From Hormiphora californensis (lineage: Eukaryota > Animalia > Ctenophora): 64,000 nt of DNA. The stretch lies in NCBI GenBank assembly GCA_020137815.1, contig CM035355.1, forward strand, positions 7,006,001-7,070,000, given 5' to 3'. A program made the position numbers and the translations under genes. Of this stretch, positions 39,201 through 50,451 are shown in pieces (the first letter of the stretch is position 1; every line of letters begins with the position of its first letter). The notes under the pieces were generated by a model that saw only the letters and a program-made list of their open reading frames with translations, did no database searches and had not been told where the DNA came from.

Positions 39201-42200
39201 TTATAACCACAGCATGAGACCTCTTCTTTCTGCTCTTATTATTTTGTTGTAGATTTTGTTCTCTTTTATAACTCTTTACAGCCTCATATCCCGCACTTTC
39301 TAAGTCCGTCTCTGTACTGCTGCTACCTTCACTTGACTGCTGCTTGTCTGGTGAACCTGGTGAATGGTTGTTATGTTCTAACCCTCCCGTTACATTTGTA
39401 AAGTAACGTGTGTTTCGGGGGCAGGGCACGCGAAACACAGTCTAGCTAGGCAAGTGAATGGAAGGTGTTCAGGGTCTTGGATCTAATCCTTGGGAATCAG
39501 TTAGTGATAAAATTCAATCACATACCGATGTTGTCAAAAAGTAACTTCAGTAGGATTCTTGAAGTTGACGCTACATTCTCACAACTTGATCCAACTAACC
39601 TGAAAAAGAGGAAAAAACATTGTGTTAGAACTAATGAATTGGAGACCGACATGTCAGTTATAGGCTGTGTTGGAATTTCATGAAAACTAAGTAAATGAAA
39701 AGTACTAAACCTCTAATCAAAATAAAAATACACCCCTACCTCACAACTTGATTCATGGTATATTTGTCTCCACTTAGGTCTGTCCTAACTTGTCCATTCC
39801 ATTCAGCCAGCTGTAGCAGTAGGTGTAGGGCTACATCGGGACAGTGGGGTAACCACTGAATGGTAGCCTTGGCACATGGTCTTTGCTGTTCAACAACTTT
39901 CTGTAGAGCTGAATTATGGGGGTGTATTTGATTTGGATTTTGGAATGACATCAATCTTCAAACTAGGTTACATTTTGTTTTGTGGGCGCGGAGAGAGAGG
40001 GTCGAACAAGGCAAGGTATAATTCCTCTTAAATTGATTATTAGGTCTGAATCTTAATCACCATCTTACCAAGAGGTGCCGCGTTAATTAGGTTAATTAAC
40101 ACAGCTGCGATCTCAGGGGTGTTGGCATTGCTCGATAAGAGGGTGACACATAGATCGATACCCCGGGACAAGGCAAACTTCTCTTGACAAACAGCTGGGG
40201 AGAGGGTACTGTGACAGGTGACTAAATAAGAGGGAGGAAGTTGTTGAGTAGGGGTGAGAGAATTCTCCACTTTTTACTCGACAAGGAGGAAGGGGTTAGT
40301 TAACCATTGTAAAATAAATATTATATTAATCAGAGTTTCTTTAACATATATACATATTAACGAATGCACGACATAACAGTTTTATAGCGAATCCGGGACT
40401 TGTCACCCGTTGAAATAGTGTATTTAAAGAACTTGACTCATATACAATTCACTGTCACATACTCAATAAATAGTTTAACGTTGTAGTTGATGAAATTTCA
40501 GCTAAATCAGGAAATATTAACATCGTTCAGATGAAATATTACCATTATCAGATAGAACGAGAGTAAGGAAGCTGGAAAGGGGTTGAACAACACTGTGATC
40601 TGCTATGTTATCACGAAGGGTAACCAGACACATGGGTAACAGGGTAACTGTATTGTCCTGGTTAACACCTGTTTGGAGGAGATGGAGAGATTAGTTTTCC
40701 AGGCTGCTTGAGAAGAAATTCTGGTATCATGCGAGGGGTTTATTCAATTTTCACTGATACCACGGCCTTTTTGGCAGAGACCTAATTATCACAGGAATGA
40801 CTTCTAGATGGCAGATGCACTCACGATTTCTTGGATTGTTGACGGCCGAGGACAGCACAGATAAAAGTGAGAGCTTCTTTGGTAACGTGTTACTCAGTAT
40901 CCCAGACTTCCTGAAGTACGAAATAGTTGAATACTTTTTTACAACCACCCTTTTAATTTCTCTTTTTATACTCCCTTTTTCAGCGATAGAAAACTTACGA
41001 CAGTTCAGTGACAAGAAGTGTAATGAGGCCAGTCGATCGGAGATTCTTCTGAGCCAGGGAGTTTCCGTTTGTCAGGAACGACAGGAGACAAAGTGCACTT
41101 TGTCGTGTCCACTCCTCACTTTCAGGAACCTTTAGAATCTTGTACACGGTCGCCAATATGTGAGTTTGGAGGAGGAGGTTTTGAGAACTAACTGAAAGAA
41201 TGGGAGAACTTAGAGAGAGACAACATATTAAATCTGCTAAACTGATTTTAAAGACGTGATCTGTTTCAATATGATTGTTCTCTAGCTACGAACAACAGAT
41301 GCTGAAGCGACTAATTTTATTTTGAAGGTGTTTTTGCCACTCTAACAGTTACGGTCTAACTAAGTTACGTCAAACAAAAGACCTTCAATCACGGTGTGAA
41401 AACTAACACTCTCACAGTATATAAGGAGTAGCTAAATCCACCACCACATAACACATCTCAAAATGATCTTCTTCGTGACTCTTTTGGCTGTTGCCGCTGC
41501 GTCCAAGGACCAGATGGTCAACTTGGCCGCCAATGACCCCAAACTCATGGTCGCCCTTTTCAACGACTTTGTCAGGACCTGAGGGACGAGTCTTTGAGAC
41601 CCCCGCCGAGGGTCGACTTAGGATGAGGAACTTCAACAAGTATGTAGCACGAGAAACTTATGAGTTGTCTCATAAAATTTTTCCCAAACACTCTTCTATC
41701 ATTCTATGTAAGTTGCATTTCTAACAGCCTCTCTCCCATCTCCCAGCTTTGTCAAGATGACTGCTAAGTGGAATGCTGAGGATGAGGATGTCGATTACGG
41801 TATCACCACCTTCGCTGACTGGACCGATGCTGAGTACGAGGGTACCCTCGGATTCAACTCCACCGGTGGGTGTTAAGAGCTCACAATAGTTCCTTAGAAG
41901 TTCGTAAGGCAATGTACTATTTTAAACTAGGTATATGCCTGATTAGCTCTAGAACTAACATCACACAACATGGGCACAACCTGCAGGTATGCCTGATTAG
42001 AACTAACATCACACAACCTGCAGGTATGCCCGAGGCACCTCCTCTAGAGGAGGTCGTTGATGCTCCCGCTTACGGAAGCTCCAGCTTCAAGTCCTACTAC
42101 GGAGCTGTGAAGAACCAGGGAAGGACCAACGCCTGTTGGGCTTTCGCCGGAACCGCTGTCTGTGAGGGACTCAACGGAAAGTTCGGATCTCGAGGACACC

Positions 42201-43140
42201 TCTCTGAGCAGGAGACTGCTGACTGTACCAGTGGATCTACCATCGCCAGGGGTGGATTCCATAACAAAGCTCTCCAAGCTACCCAGTCAAGGAACCATCT
42301 CGCCACCCTCAGGGACTACCCCTTCGTGAGCAGGGACGGAAGCTGTAACTACAGGAGCAAGCGAAACGCCCTCCGATTCAGGATCACCCGAGTATACCAG
42401 ACCCGAGGAGACAATGGCCTCGCCCAGGCCCTCAACTCTGGACCCGTTGCCGTTGGAATGGCTTTCGACCGACGACTCTCCGGATACCGAGGTGGAATCT
42501 ACACCGACAGGAGCTGCATGAACACCAGAGGAAACCACGCTGTCACCGCCATTGGTTACACCTCATCCTACTGGGAGATCAGGAACAGCTACGGAACCAC
42601 CTGGGGAGAGTATGGATACGGTCGATTCACCAGGGGCGTCAACAACATGTGCAGGATCAGCGAGTACGCCTTCGGAGTCTCCGCCTCCAGCGCCGGAGAG
42701 GAGGAATAAATTATTGATTTAACAAAATAATTGAAGCTCCAACCTAGAAAATGCGTATTTTTTGTAATGTTTGTCTGTGTCTAAATATAAATGTTGTCCA
42801 CCTATCCATATGCATACCATTGTTGTCCACGGCACAGCTAAGAGTGTACAATACTCTTTGAAGGGTTGCCTGTTCCCTAGCTGTTTTCAGAATCTTCATC
42901 AACAAATCAAATCCGTGCTTTTCCCGGAAAATGTCTTTCGCCTCAGCTGCAGAGAAAGATAGAGGGGGTTGAGAGAAAAGTGACGATGTTGACGTGACAG
43001 CACATACATTATTGACAATGACGTGGGTACATACCACAGGAAGAAAGAAGGGTAGAAAGAGACCGTAGTGTTTCATTGACTGACGTTTTACTGGTTGGGT
43101 GCTGTAAGATTTGGAGCAGCAGCTCCAGGTCTTTATCCAT
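33280..43140 (-). CDS. TERB1: Meiotic telomere protein TERB1 (CCDC79) orthologue: ARM repeats, low-complexity linker and two telobox-type Myb domains
   Basis: Phase-compatible exons give MDKDLELLLQIL, IFREKHGF, LYTLSCAVDNN, LRSTGLITLL, SAVNNPRNRVNQ, VVQPLSSFLTLVLSDN and QEKFALSRGID, collinear with TERB1 ARM motifs as recalled (e.g. VNNPQN). Myb exons lie at 37788-37931 and 33280-33450. Confidence 0.85.
34861..35479 (-). pseudogene. Spliced transposase-like gene relic inside the TTGTTGAG element (exons 35479-35310, 35166-35106, 34932-34861)
   Basis: Three phase-compatible GT-AG exons encode LYNNGISSCSQESLVKYV...FWILCGDNYDRPDRCHHAMSTTQDGTSTLHYHFQVSVLRS...*. From memory this resembles the GDNxD...SLHYF motif of DUF6589-associated proteins; not verified by search. 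Confidence 0.5.
34997..35023. mobile_element. 27-bp TTGTTGAG-family footprint inside the large element
   Basis: ttgttgagcaagggggaaactcaacta flanked by a perfect TSD, gtcaatct. Confidence 0.8.
36024..36092. mobile_element. CTGT...ACAG MITE, copy 2
   Basis: Homologous to 33173-33253; perfect TSD cacactga. Confidence 0.85.
36598..36820. mobile_element. Inverted-repeat MITE nested in the large element
   Basis: ~40-bp imperfect inverted repeats gaagctgaagcttctaatcagtacaaactaatacta / tagtattagtttgtactgatgagaagctttagcttc. Confidence 0.55.
36972..37248. mobile_element. Palindromic MITE with Harbinger-like ends
   Basis: ~125-bp arms starting gggtcaccacacaccaaag; 3-bp flanks tat/tat. Confidence 0.8.
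40241..40284. mobile_element. 44-bp TTGTTGAG-family footprint in a TERB1 intron
   Basis: ttgttgagtagggg...ttactcgacaa flanked by a perfect TSD, ggaggaag. Confidence 0.8.
41418..41425 (+). promoter_or_regulatory. TATA box of the nested protease gene
   Basis: TATATAAG 45 bp upstream of the ATG at 41463. Confidence 0.55.
41463..42709 (+). CDS. Papain-family (C1A, cathepsin L-like) cysteine protease; 3 exons (41463-41639, 41748-41865, 42024-42709), nested antisense in a TERB1 intron; exon 1 has a +1 frame break at 41580
   Basis: Signal peptide; I29 propeptide (E..LR.RNF..F...N, GITTFADWT); catalytic motifs VKNQG..ACWAF, LSEQ, NHAV and IRNSYG.WGE.GY. Confidence 0.9.
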
Positions 43141-43299
43141 GGTTACTAAAGAAAAATAAGGGGGATGATTCATCAATATGATAAAATAGAGTACCACGGA
43201 TATTTCTACATTGATTTAATAATTGAGTCATAACCAGTTACATTGAAAGAAAAACTTTGTACAAATATATAATACAATCTCACAATAACAGTATTCCAC

Positions 43300-44444
43300 T
43301 TACACAACCTCGCACCGTGTGGAGCACTGTTGGTCACTCAAACAACAGTCCCAAAAGAAAATGTGCCTCATCCCATCGGGTTTCAGTCTCCTATGCTCTG
43401 CCATTTCTCTCTCACACTTCATGTCGCTACACCTCCACCTACCATGATGCAACTCCTCCCCCAGAGGTCCGTGAACAAGGTCAGAAGATGGCATTGCCAG
43501 CAGTTGCATCTGTAACTTTGCGTATTTTACCTCCTGTACATTAAGACTGGAGAACATCCTCTCTAGAAGGGCCTCTGATTGTTGGTGGAACTGTCTGAGA
43601 GGTTTGAGGACACCATCGCAATCGTGATGGTCTATCTCATCAGCACAGATCAGCGATTGGCAGCTACCCTGGCATTGAGTTTGACGCTTTGGGCATTCCA
43701 CCTTACAATGCCAAACCCATTCCTTAAGAATGCACGTTTCAATGCAGCCCCTGTTCTCACATGGAACTGGCTGATAAAGACATGTGTCAACGTGATCTTC
43801 AATAGTGTCCACGGAGCTAAGGACGGGACACCCGGGGTACTCACAAATCACCGTTTGGAGGGAATACACGGCTACTCTCAATTTATCATTTCGAGTTAGA
43901 GTCTTACTGTTCACCGGAACTTGGCACGATGGACAGATAATTGTGGTAGTTTTCTTGCCCTCAGTCAGACACCGGTAGCAGTAAAACTTGTTGAAACAAC
44001 AGAGGAGATATACAGGGTCGGGGGATACTCTATCACAAATTCTGCAGACCATGTCATCGCTCACACCGCTCACAAATCGCGATGGTGGGAGAGCTGCTCC
44101 GTTCAGATCGAGGCTCGTTAAAAAACTGGCGTTGTTGGTTAGTGTAGCCGTTGATAGGTGACTCATTTTACTTAGTGGTCGATGCATGGTGGGATCTAGG
44201 GGGGAATGTGATATATGATGGATGATAATTATAATGATCAATCAATTCATTTACCAAGACCTGTCAGAGTAGTGACGCAGTCACCCTTACAACTAGACTC
44301 CCGCACGTAGCACGGCGGATCGAGTTGTAAGAGGTGACTGCACCACCACAGCTCAGTAGTGGCCTGACAGTGCAGGCCATGACCAGCTATTGTACGAATA
44401 TACCAATATTCGTCGGCCATCGCACCATATTGGCAAATCACCAT
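43300..44444 (-). CDS. RING finger plus TRAF/SIAH-type zinc finger protein (probable E3 ligase); first exon 44261-44444 tentative
   Basis: CRICDRVSPDPVYLLCC...YCYRCL...CPSC RING; C..PGC...H...C.YQPVPCENRGC TRAF-type fingers; Cys-rich C-terminus HHGRWRC...FWDCC. Confidence 0.75.
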
Positions 44445-44599
44445 AAGGTTCTCGATACGTCAAGTGCTTCTTTCTTTGGTTACGAAGTCACCCCTATTAC
44501 GCGACGAGGGGTAATTTCATTACCAACTTCTTTCTCGCATAGGACATGATTATTGATTAAAACTCAAAATGCAGATATATCGGATAATATTTTAATCCA

Positions 44600-46919
44600 G
44601 TTTGGACGGGTGGACAAGAGTGCGACGGGTGGACAAGAGTGCGAGGATGGAATATGTTAAAGATGACTTGGAGCAGTCGAGAGATGATCCTAAAGCCCTT
44701 CAGAGAAAGCTTGATCGTCTCCTTGGTAAAAGTGAGACGTTATTACCGGAAACTGGAAACAAACAGAAACTGGCTGAGGATTTTGCAGATTATTTCCATG
44801 GAAAGGTTAAGGATATTCGGACAACTGTCAGAGAGGAGCGGAATCACCTACAGCTTAGAAGAGAGGAGACACATGTTCTCCAGTCCTCTCTTGAGGAATT
44901 TGAGGAAATCTCTGTGGATGAGTTGATTAGGACGGTTAAGGACATGCCGGATAAGACTTGTGATCTTGACGTAGTACCCACGTGGTTGGTTAAGGGCTGT
45001 CTTGAGGAACTGGCTCCAGTTCTTATGAGGATTATCAATCTGTCTCTTACACATGCTGATGTGCCTAAGATGCTTCAGCAGGCAGTGGTGTTTCCAACGA
45101 TCAAGAATTCCTATGGGGACAGGGATTCTCTGACGAACTACCGACCGGTGTCTAATTTGTCGTTTATCTCCAAACTTCTGGAGAAGGTAGTTCTTGAGCA
45201 ACTCAATGCTTATCTCACCACTAATGCACTTTTGAATAAACACCAATCTGGTTATAGGGTTGGTCATAGCTGTGAGACCCTTCTCATGGGAATGTTCGAT
45301 GATCTTCTTCAAGAAGTGGATAAGGGTAATGTCATTGGCCTCTTTCTCCTTGATATGAGCGCTGCCTTTGACACGGTGGATCATGGGAAGCTGAAGGATG
45401 TACTTGAGAGGAGGTTTGGAGTATGTGGATCTGCCCTAAAGTGGTTTTCTAGCTATCTTCAGTCGCGGAATTTCAGAGTCAACGTTGGTGGAAAACTTTC
45501 GAGGATTATTGAGCTTGTTTGTGGAGTTCCCCAGGGATCTCTACTGGGGCCTGTCTTATTCCTGTTGTATATTGAAGAGCTCCAGGATTTGGTCAAGCCG
45601 TATGGTCTTCGGATCAAGTTGTATGCGGATGACTCCCAACTTTACATTAGTCTTGTACCTACGGATGAGGATAACTGGAAACTGGCCAAAACGAGGATTG
45701 AGGAGTGTTTGTCAAGTGTGAAGGCGTGGATGAACGATCACTGGCTTAAATGTAATGAAGCGAAAACTGAGTTCCTGCTTCTTGGAAAGAGCAGTGCCCT
45801 GGATAAGATGGAATTTGTGCCTACTGTTGATTTTGGTGGTGTGGAGATTTCTCCGATGGAGTGTACAGGAAAGACAGGAAAAACACTTGGGGTTTACTTG
45901 GACACGAATCTTTCTATGGAGAGACAGGTAAACAGTGTGAAGAGGCAGTGTGGAATGCTCTTGAAGAACCTGTGGCAGGTGAATCGCAGCCTGGATATTC
46001 CTACTAAAATCCTCCTGGTCAAGCAACTGATTGTTTCTCGGCTTGACTATTGCAACATCCTATACGCTGGATTGCCAAAGAAGCTTCTTGAAAGCCTTCA
46101 GAGGACATTGAACTCGTGTGTGAGGTTCATCTATAACCTTCATGGACACCAAGATGACTATTCTCAGTATCTTAAGGACACCCATATCCTTCCTATGGAG
46201 CAGCGTGTGGAGTTCAAGGCATGTTTGATGGCGTTTAAAATTATTCATAACCTAGCCCCGGATTATCTCTGTGACCAAGTACCAGTTGAAGACTTGGAGG
46301 CTGTTCGGACCACTCGTGGAACTGCAACGCCTGATCACTACAAGCTTAAGTACCCTAAGCTTTCGAGTATTAACGCCAACTCCAAGTTGAGAAGGAGGAG
46401 ACCGTCTGTCTTCCTACCTGAAGTGTGGAATGAGCTCCCCCTGGAGCTTCGATCAGTTGAGTCAGTGGATCTGTTCAAGTCGAGGTTAAAGACAAGATTG
46501 TTCGTGGAAGCATTCGGAGCCAGCAGAGGATGAGGTTCCTTGTTTCGCCTGCTTTCATTAGGTATTTCGCCTAGCTTGTATTTATTTTCTTTTGGTTCTG
46601 TTTTACCGCTCATGGTAAGGTTTTTATTGGCACTTTATAGCATTTTTTTCGAGTGAAGCACGAGTGGAAATGATATTTACAGACATTTTCTACCATATAA
46701 TGTGGACATTTTTCCATCTATATCAGTCTGTTATCTCATCTGGACAGTTATGTGAGCCGAGAGTGTTTAAATCAGTTTAATTCAGTGTTTTGGGTCTACC
46801 ATTTTTTGATATACGTCTTTAAGTAACCGCTCAGATCGCCTCTCAGTGTCAGTGTCAGTTCTACTACACTGGCCCTGTGAGGTAAGGGCGGCATATAAAT
46901 AGACATATTATTATTATTA
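44600..46919 (+). mobile_element. 5'-truncated non-LTR retrotransposon (L2/CR1 group)
   Basis: RT ORF, 3' stem-loop ccgctc...gggcgg followed by catataaat and a (TAT)n tail; candidate TSD ttaatcca at 44592-44599 and 46920-46927. Confidence 0.9.
44602..46533 (+). CDS. LINE reverse transcriptase (ORF2, endonuclease domain missing)
   Basis: NYRPVSNLSFISKLLEK, QSGYR..HSCET, LDMSAAFDTVDH, GVPQGSLLGP, YADD, SRLDYCN, WNELP; no internal stops over 643 aa. Confidence 0.95.
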   Translation: MDGWTRVRRVDKSARMEYVKDDLEQSRDDPKALQRKLDRLLGKSETLLPETGNKQKLAEDFADYFHGKVKDIRTTVREERNHLQLRREETHVLQSSLEEFEEISVDELIRTVKDMPDKTCDLDVVPTWLVKGCLEELAPVLMRIINLSLTHADVPKMLQQAVVFPTIKNSYGDRDSLTNYRPVSNLSFISKLLEKVVLEQLNAYLTTNALLNKHQSGYRVGHSCETLLMGMFDDLLQEVDKGNVIGLFLLDMSAAFDTVDHGKLKDVLERRFGVCGSALKWFSSYLQSRNFRVNVGGKLSRIIELVCGVPQGSLLGPVLFLLYIEELQDLVKPYGLRIKLYADDSQLYISLVPTDEDNWKLAKTRIEECLSSVKAWMNDHWLKCNEAKTEFLLLGKSSALDKMEFVPTVDFGGVEISPMECTGKTGKTLGVYLDTNLSMERQVNSVKRQCGMLLKNLWQVNRSLDIPTKILLVKQLIVSRLDYCNILYAGLPKKLLESLQRTLNSCVRFIYNLHGHQDDYSQYLKDTHILPMEQRVEFKACLMAFKIIHNLAPDYLCDQVPVEDLEAVRTTRGTATPDHYKLKYPKLSSINANSKLRRRRPSVFLPEVWNELPLELRSVESVDLFKSRLKTRLFVEAFGASRG

Positions 46920-47265
46920 TTAATCCATCCAATCTCGTTGGATCAATAATCACCATTTTATTTTTATTATACATTGCTAGAACAATATTATATGTCTAAT
47001 CAATAAAATTCCCAGACCTTCAAGGGCATCAAAGATATGCACTGATATATGTACTGTTCTTTCCCCAATTCATTGCTCTTCACTCAGTCAACACCGCCAA
47101 TTCTTTCTCTCGCTCTCTGATCTCTCTCTCTCTCTCTCTTTGCCTCTCTATCTCTATCTCTATCTCGTTGCTGCTCTCAGTCTCCCTATCTATCTCTATC
47201 TCTCTCGCTCTCCCTGTCTCTCGCTCTCTCCCCACACAATAAATCACGGCAGCACCCACACGAAG

Positions 47266-48153
47266 TCAAGGATAGGAAGCATCACTTTCACTGGAGGATG
47301 GGGAATCTCTAGATTTATCACCGACATGAGCCTCATCATTGAGCTCAAGGATTGGTATAAACTTGGGGGTACGAGATGAAAGTCGTCGCTGACGGCATGG
47401 GTTATCCCGGATTTTCAGCAAAGACGCATCGTGCTCCTCTACATTTACACTTAGAGTCAGTAATTTTGATTGTTGGTCAACATTTTGTTTGCGTTCTTGT
47501 TCCTTAGATGACTTCTCCAGGTGATACAAATATTGTTCCATGGACTGGTTGGGGTCAGGATTCAGAATATCCAGGCTGATATCGGGTACTGCGTTCGGTA
47601 CAAACGGACTACCTGGAAGGGGGAGAAAGAGATTAAGTATCTACAATCTACATACAAAAAGGCAGCTTTTAATTCTGATTTTAATTCCAACCAGCAACCA
47701 GCTCAGTGGCGCCTTTGCAGTCGTTATGTGGTTCCACACGCGTGGCCCAAGGTATACTGGTGTGGGGGGGGGAGGGGGTAACAACCAAGGGGTAACAACC
47801 AAAGGAGGTCGACGCAAGAAGAGACGGCCTCCAAGAAGAAGAACAACAACCAAGGGGCAAGTGGAATCAACCAGTTGAGGGACTAGGGAGGTTTCGTTGA
47901 TACACTTACGTTTAGTAAAAACTGCCTGGATATCCTGTTTTAGGTTCCTAAGGGACATCCTCAAGCCCCCTCCTCCACCATTGAGATGGTTGGACAGTGG
48001 ATCACTGCTCCTGCTACTTCGTCTGCTGTTTGAACCACCCTCTGCCCGGTGGACATTGAACAGGAAGGTGGAGACGGAACTGGCACTTCCGGTTTGATGG
48101 ATGTCCTGGATCCGGGTGTTCTTGTGGGGAAATCGGCCCACTGCACACCCCAT
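47266..48153 (-). CDS. Two-exon orphan protein (~197 aa) with an N-terminal MGC acylation motif (exons 48153-47910, 47612-47266 approx.)
   Basis: A phase-1 intron (AAAC|gtaagt...ttccag|GT) joins MGCAVGRF...VFTK in frame to RSPFVPNAVP...MEQYLYHLEK...ASYP*. Confidence 0.55.
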
Positions 48154-48609
48154 TGTGAACCCCGTGTGGGAGGTGGGTGTCAGGTCATGGCTATCATGCT
48201 AGCTGTGTGTGTAAATTGTGTTAGAAATGTTAGAAACAACAATATCGTTTCAAGCCGAGGACAATCATCGTAATTGATAATTCTTGATTTAAGGCCTGAA
48301 AATATCTTGACACTGTTATTATACGTGCAGGATCTATATTGAATAGAAGAACAATGGCCCCGGCCCTTCAAAGTTTAATAGACATGAATCGGAGATTTCT
48401 TTGTAAAAATTCGTTAGTTGTCACATGCAATAGTTGGCAGTTATTACAAATTACTAATAATAAACATAGCACGGTATCAGGATCCGCAGTAAAGACTGTC
48501 AGGCCACTGCTCTGACCGCGGTTCTCACGAATAGGGTCAGGCGCCGTACCATTGGGAGTACTTTCGGCAAACATACCCGGGTACGTTTTGTAAGTTGATC
48601 CCTATGGGA

Positions 48610-48833
48610 CCAGTTACAGATTTGGAACCGGGCGTCAGTTTCCTGATGGGAGAATTTTTGCGCACTGCTGACAATGAATCCTGCTCAACTCCCCATTCAT
48701 TCTAGCTGTAAATTTAGTCGTGCATTGTAAATTATGACGCGCAGCATGGTTCAATCGGGATTCTACCATCAGGAATCTCACATCAGGAATCTCCCATCAG
48801 GAAACTGACGCCCGGTTCTAAATCTGTAACTGG
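48610..48833. mobile_element. MITE with ~44-bp TIRs
   Basis: ccagttacagatttggaaccgggcgtcagtttcctgatgggaga and its near-perfect inverse. Confidence 0.7.
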
Positions 48834-49176
48834 AGCGTAACAGAATATATCAGTCACACCTTGATGCAACACTGTACCTTGATGCAACACTGGAAACTCG
48901 ATTGACCGTTTCCAAGGAGCTCAGTAAATTGTACAGGTTTGACTACACATACTACATTTATAGGTTTGACTGTATGTATAATAAGCACAGACTATACTTA
49001 TAATCACAGACTATATTTATAATCACAGAAAATCAATCATTAAGGAGAGAAACCAAATAACATGACTACGGCAGAGGAAGCAAGCATGTAATTAATACAT
49101 CAGATATTTTGCCAAAAACCAATGAATGCTTAACTATGCAATAAATCGGGGAAGAGGTTAGGGATGGGGCAATTAA

Positions 49177-49202
49177 TTGTTGAGTAAGGGGTTACTCAAC
49201 GA
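49177..49202. mobile_element. TTGTTGAG-family footprint, no TSD recognisable
   Basis: ttgttgagtaaggggttactcaacga. Confidence 0.55.
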
Positions 49203-50451
49203 CGACCCCAAAAGTGTTAAATCTCAGACACATTACTGTTTAACTTAGGGACTAAAGAAGATTCGATTGCAACATATATATTAATATAATATAATATAAT
49301 AGCTGCAAGTCTAGGACAGGGCACACACACGAAACACAGGGCTTTGAGTAACAGCTATGTAACAGCTAAGTAGTTATCATTATATAGTAGAGACTGGCGA
49401 AACAAATATAACAGTGATAGTTATCTGTTATAATCCTGTCTGAGGCTCTGAGATATGTGTATGTCTAGGATATGCGTGTATGCTATCTTGTTTGAGATAT
49501 GTTGCTGTGCGTGTTTCTTTGTCTACGACAAAACACCATCTAATCTAGGTAAACTTTTAACAAGTGTTCGCAGATTGACTTCATCTGGATCAATTAAAAA
49601 CTCATGAAGATGAGAATAATATATCAAGCATGGCAACATCTGAACTTTATATACTTTTAACGACCATGGCAACGCAGCACAAATATTCCTGCAACCCTTG
49701 GAAGGGTCGCCTTCTACTCAGAAATCTGTTCCGATAATAATATGACATGTTGACTATCTCTGGGAAGTAATAACTATAGCTACAGTGCAGCAAGTAGAAA
49801 CTGTTTCTGTGTGTCAGTTGACTCAACAGTTGCAGAACCTATAATAATAATAGCAGCTGTTTTAGTGAAATTAAATAAGGTATACTGCAGAAGAAACGGA
49901 CACTATAATTTGTCTCACATCATGACACATGACATATGAGTGTGTCACATGTAGATCGAACCATGCAATAGGAACATTACTAAATTTGATTATTGGCCTC
50001 CCCGCAGCGTCGGTGAGCTTAGGAAGAGTACTATCCGAGATAGGGAAACGGTATGGAGAGTACTTAGTAGGTCGACGTGAGGTAGAGTGAGAGAGATATG
50101 GAGGTAGAATGAGAGAGAAAGAAGAGAGCGATAGTGAGATAGAGAGAGATAGTGAGATAGAGAGAGATAATGATAGAGATAGTGAGAAAGAGAGAAATAG
50201 TGAGGGAGAGAGAGGGAGAGAGAGATAGTCAGAAAGAGAGAGAGAGAGAGAGAGATTGTGAGAAAGAGACAGCGAGAGGGAGGGATAGAGTGAGAGTCGA
50301 GAGAACAATAGAGGGACAGAGAGAATGATAGAGAGACATAAATCAATAAAGAAGAATACTACTGAAGTCAGAAGGGTTTTTATTGCCACATAATTAATAT
50401 AGGTACATGCCCGGTACATGCCTAAATAAAGTGCTCATTCGAATCTGTTAC

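Noticed and set aside
40670-40730. Apparent stop or frameshift in TERB1
   Set aside because: Resolved by the acceptor at ~40669 (ctaat branch, ccaaacag|GT), which gives in-frame RVNQDNTVTLLP.
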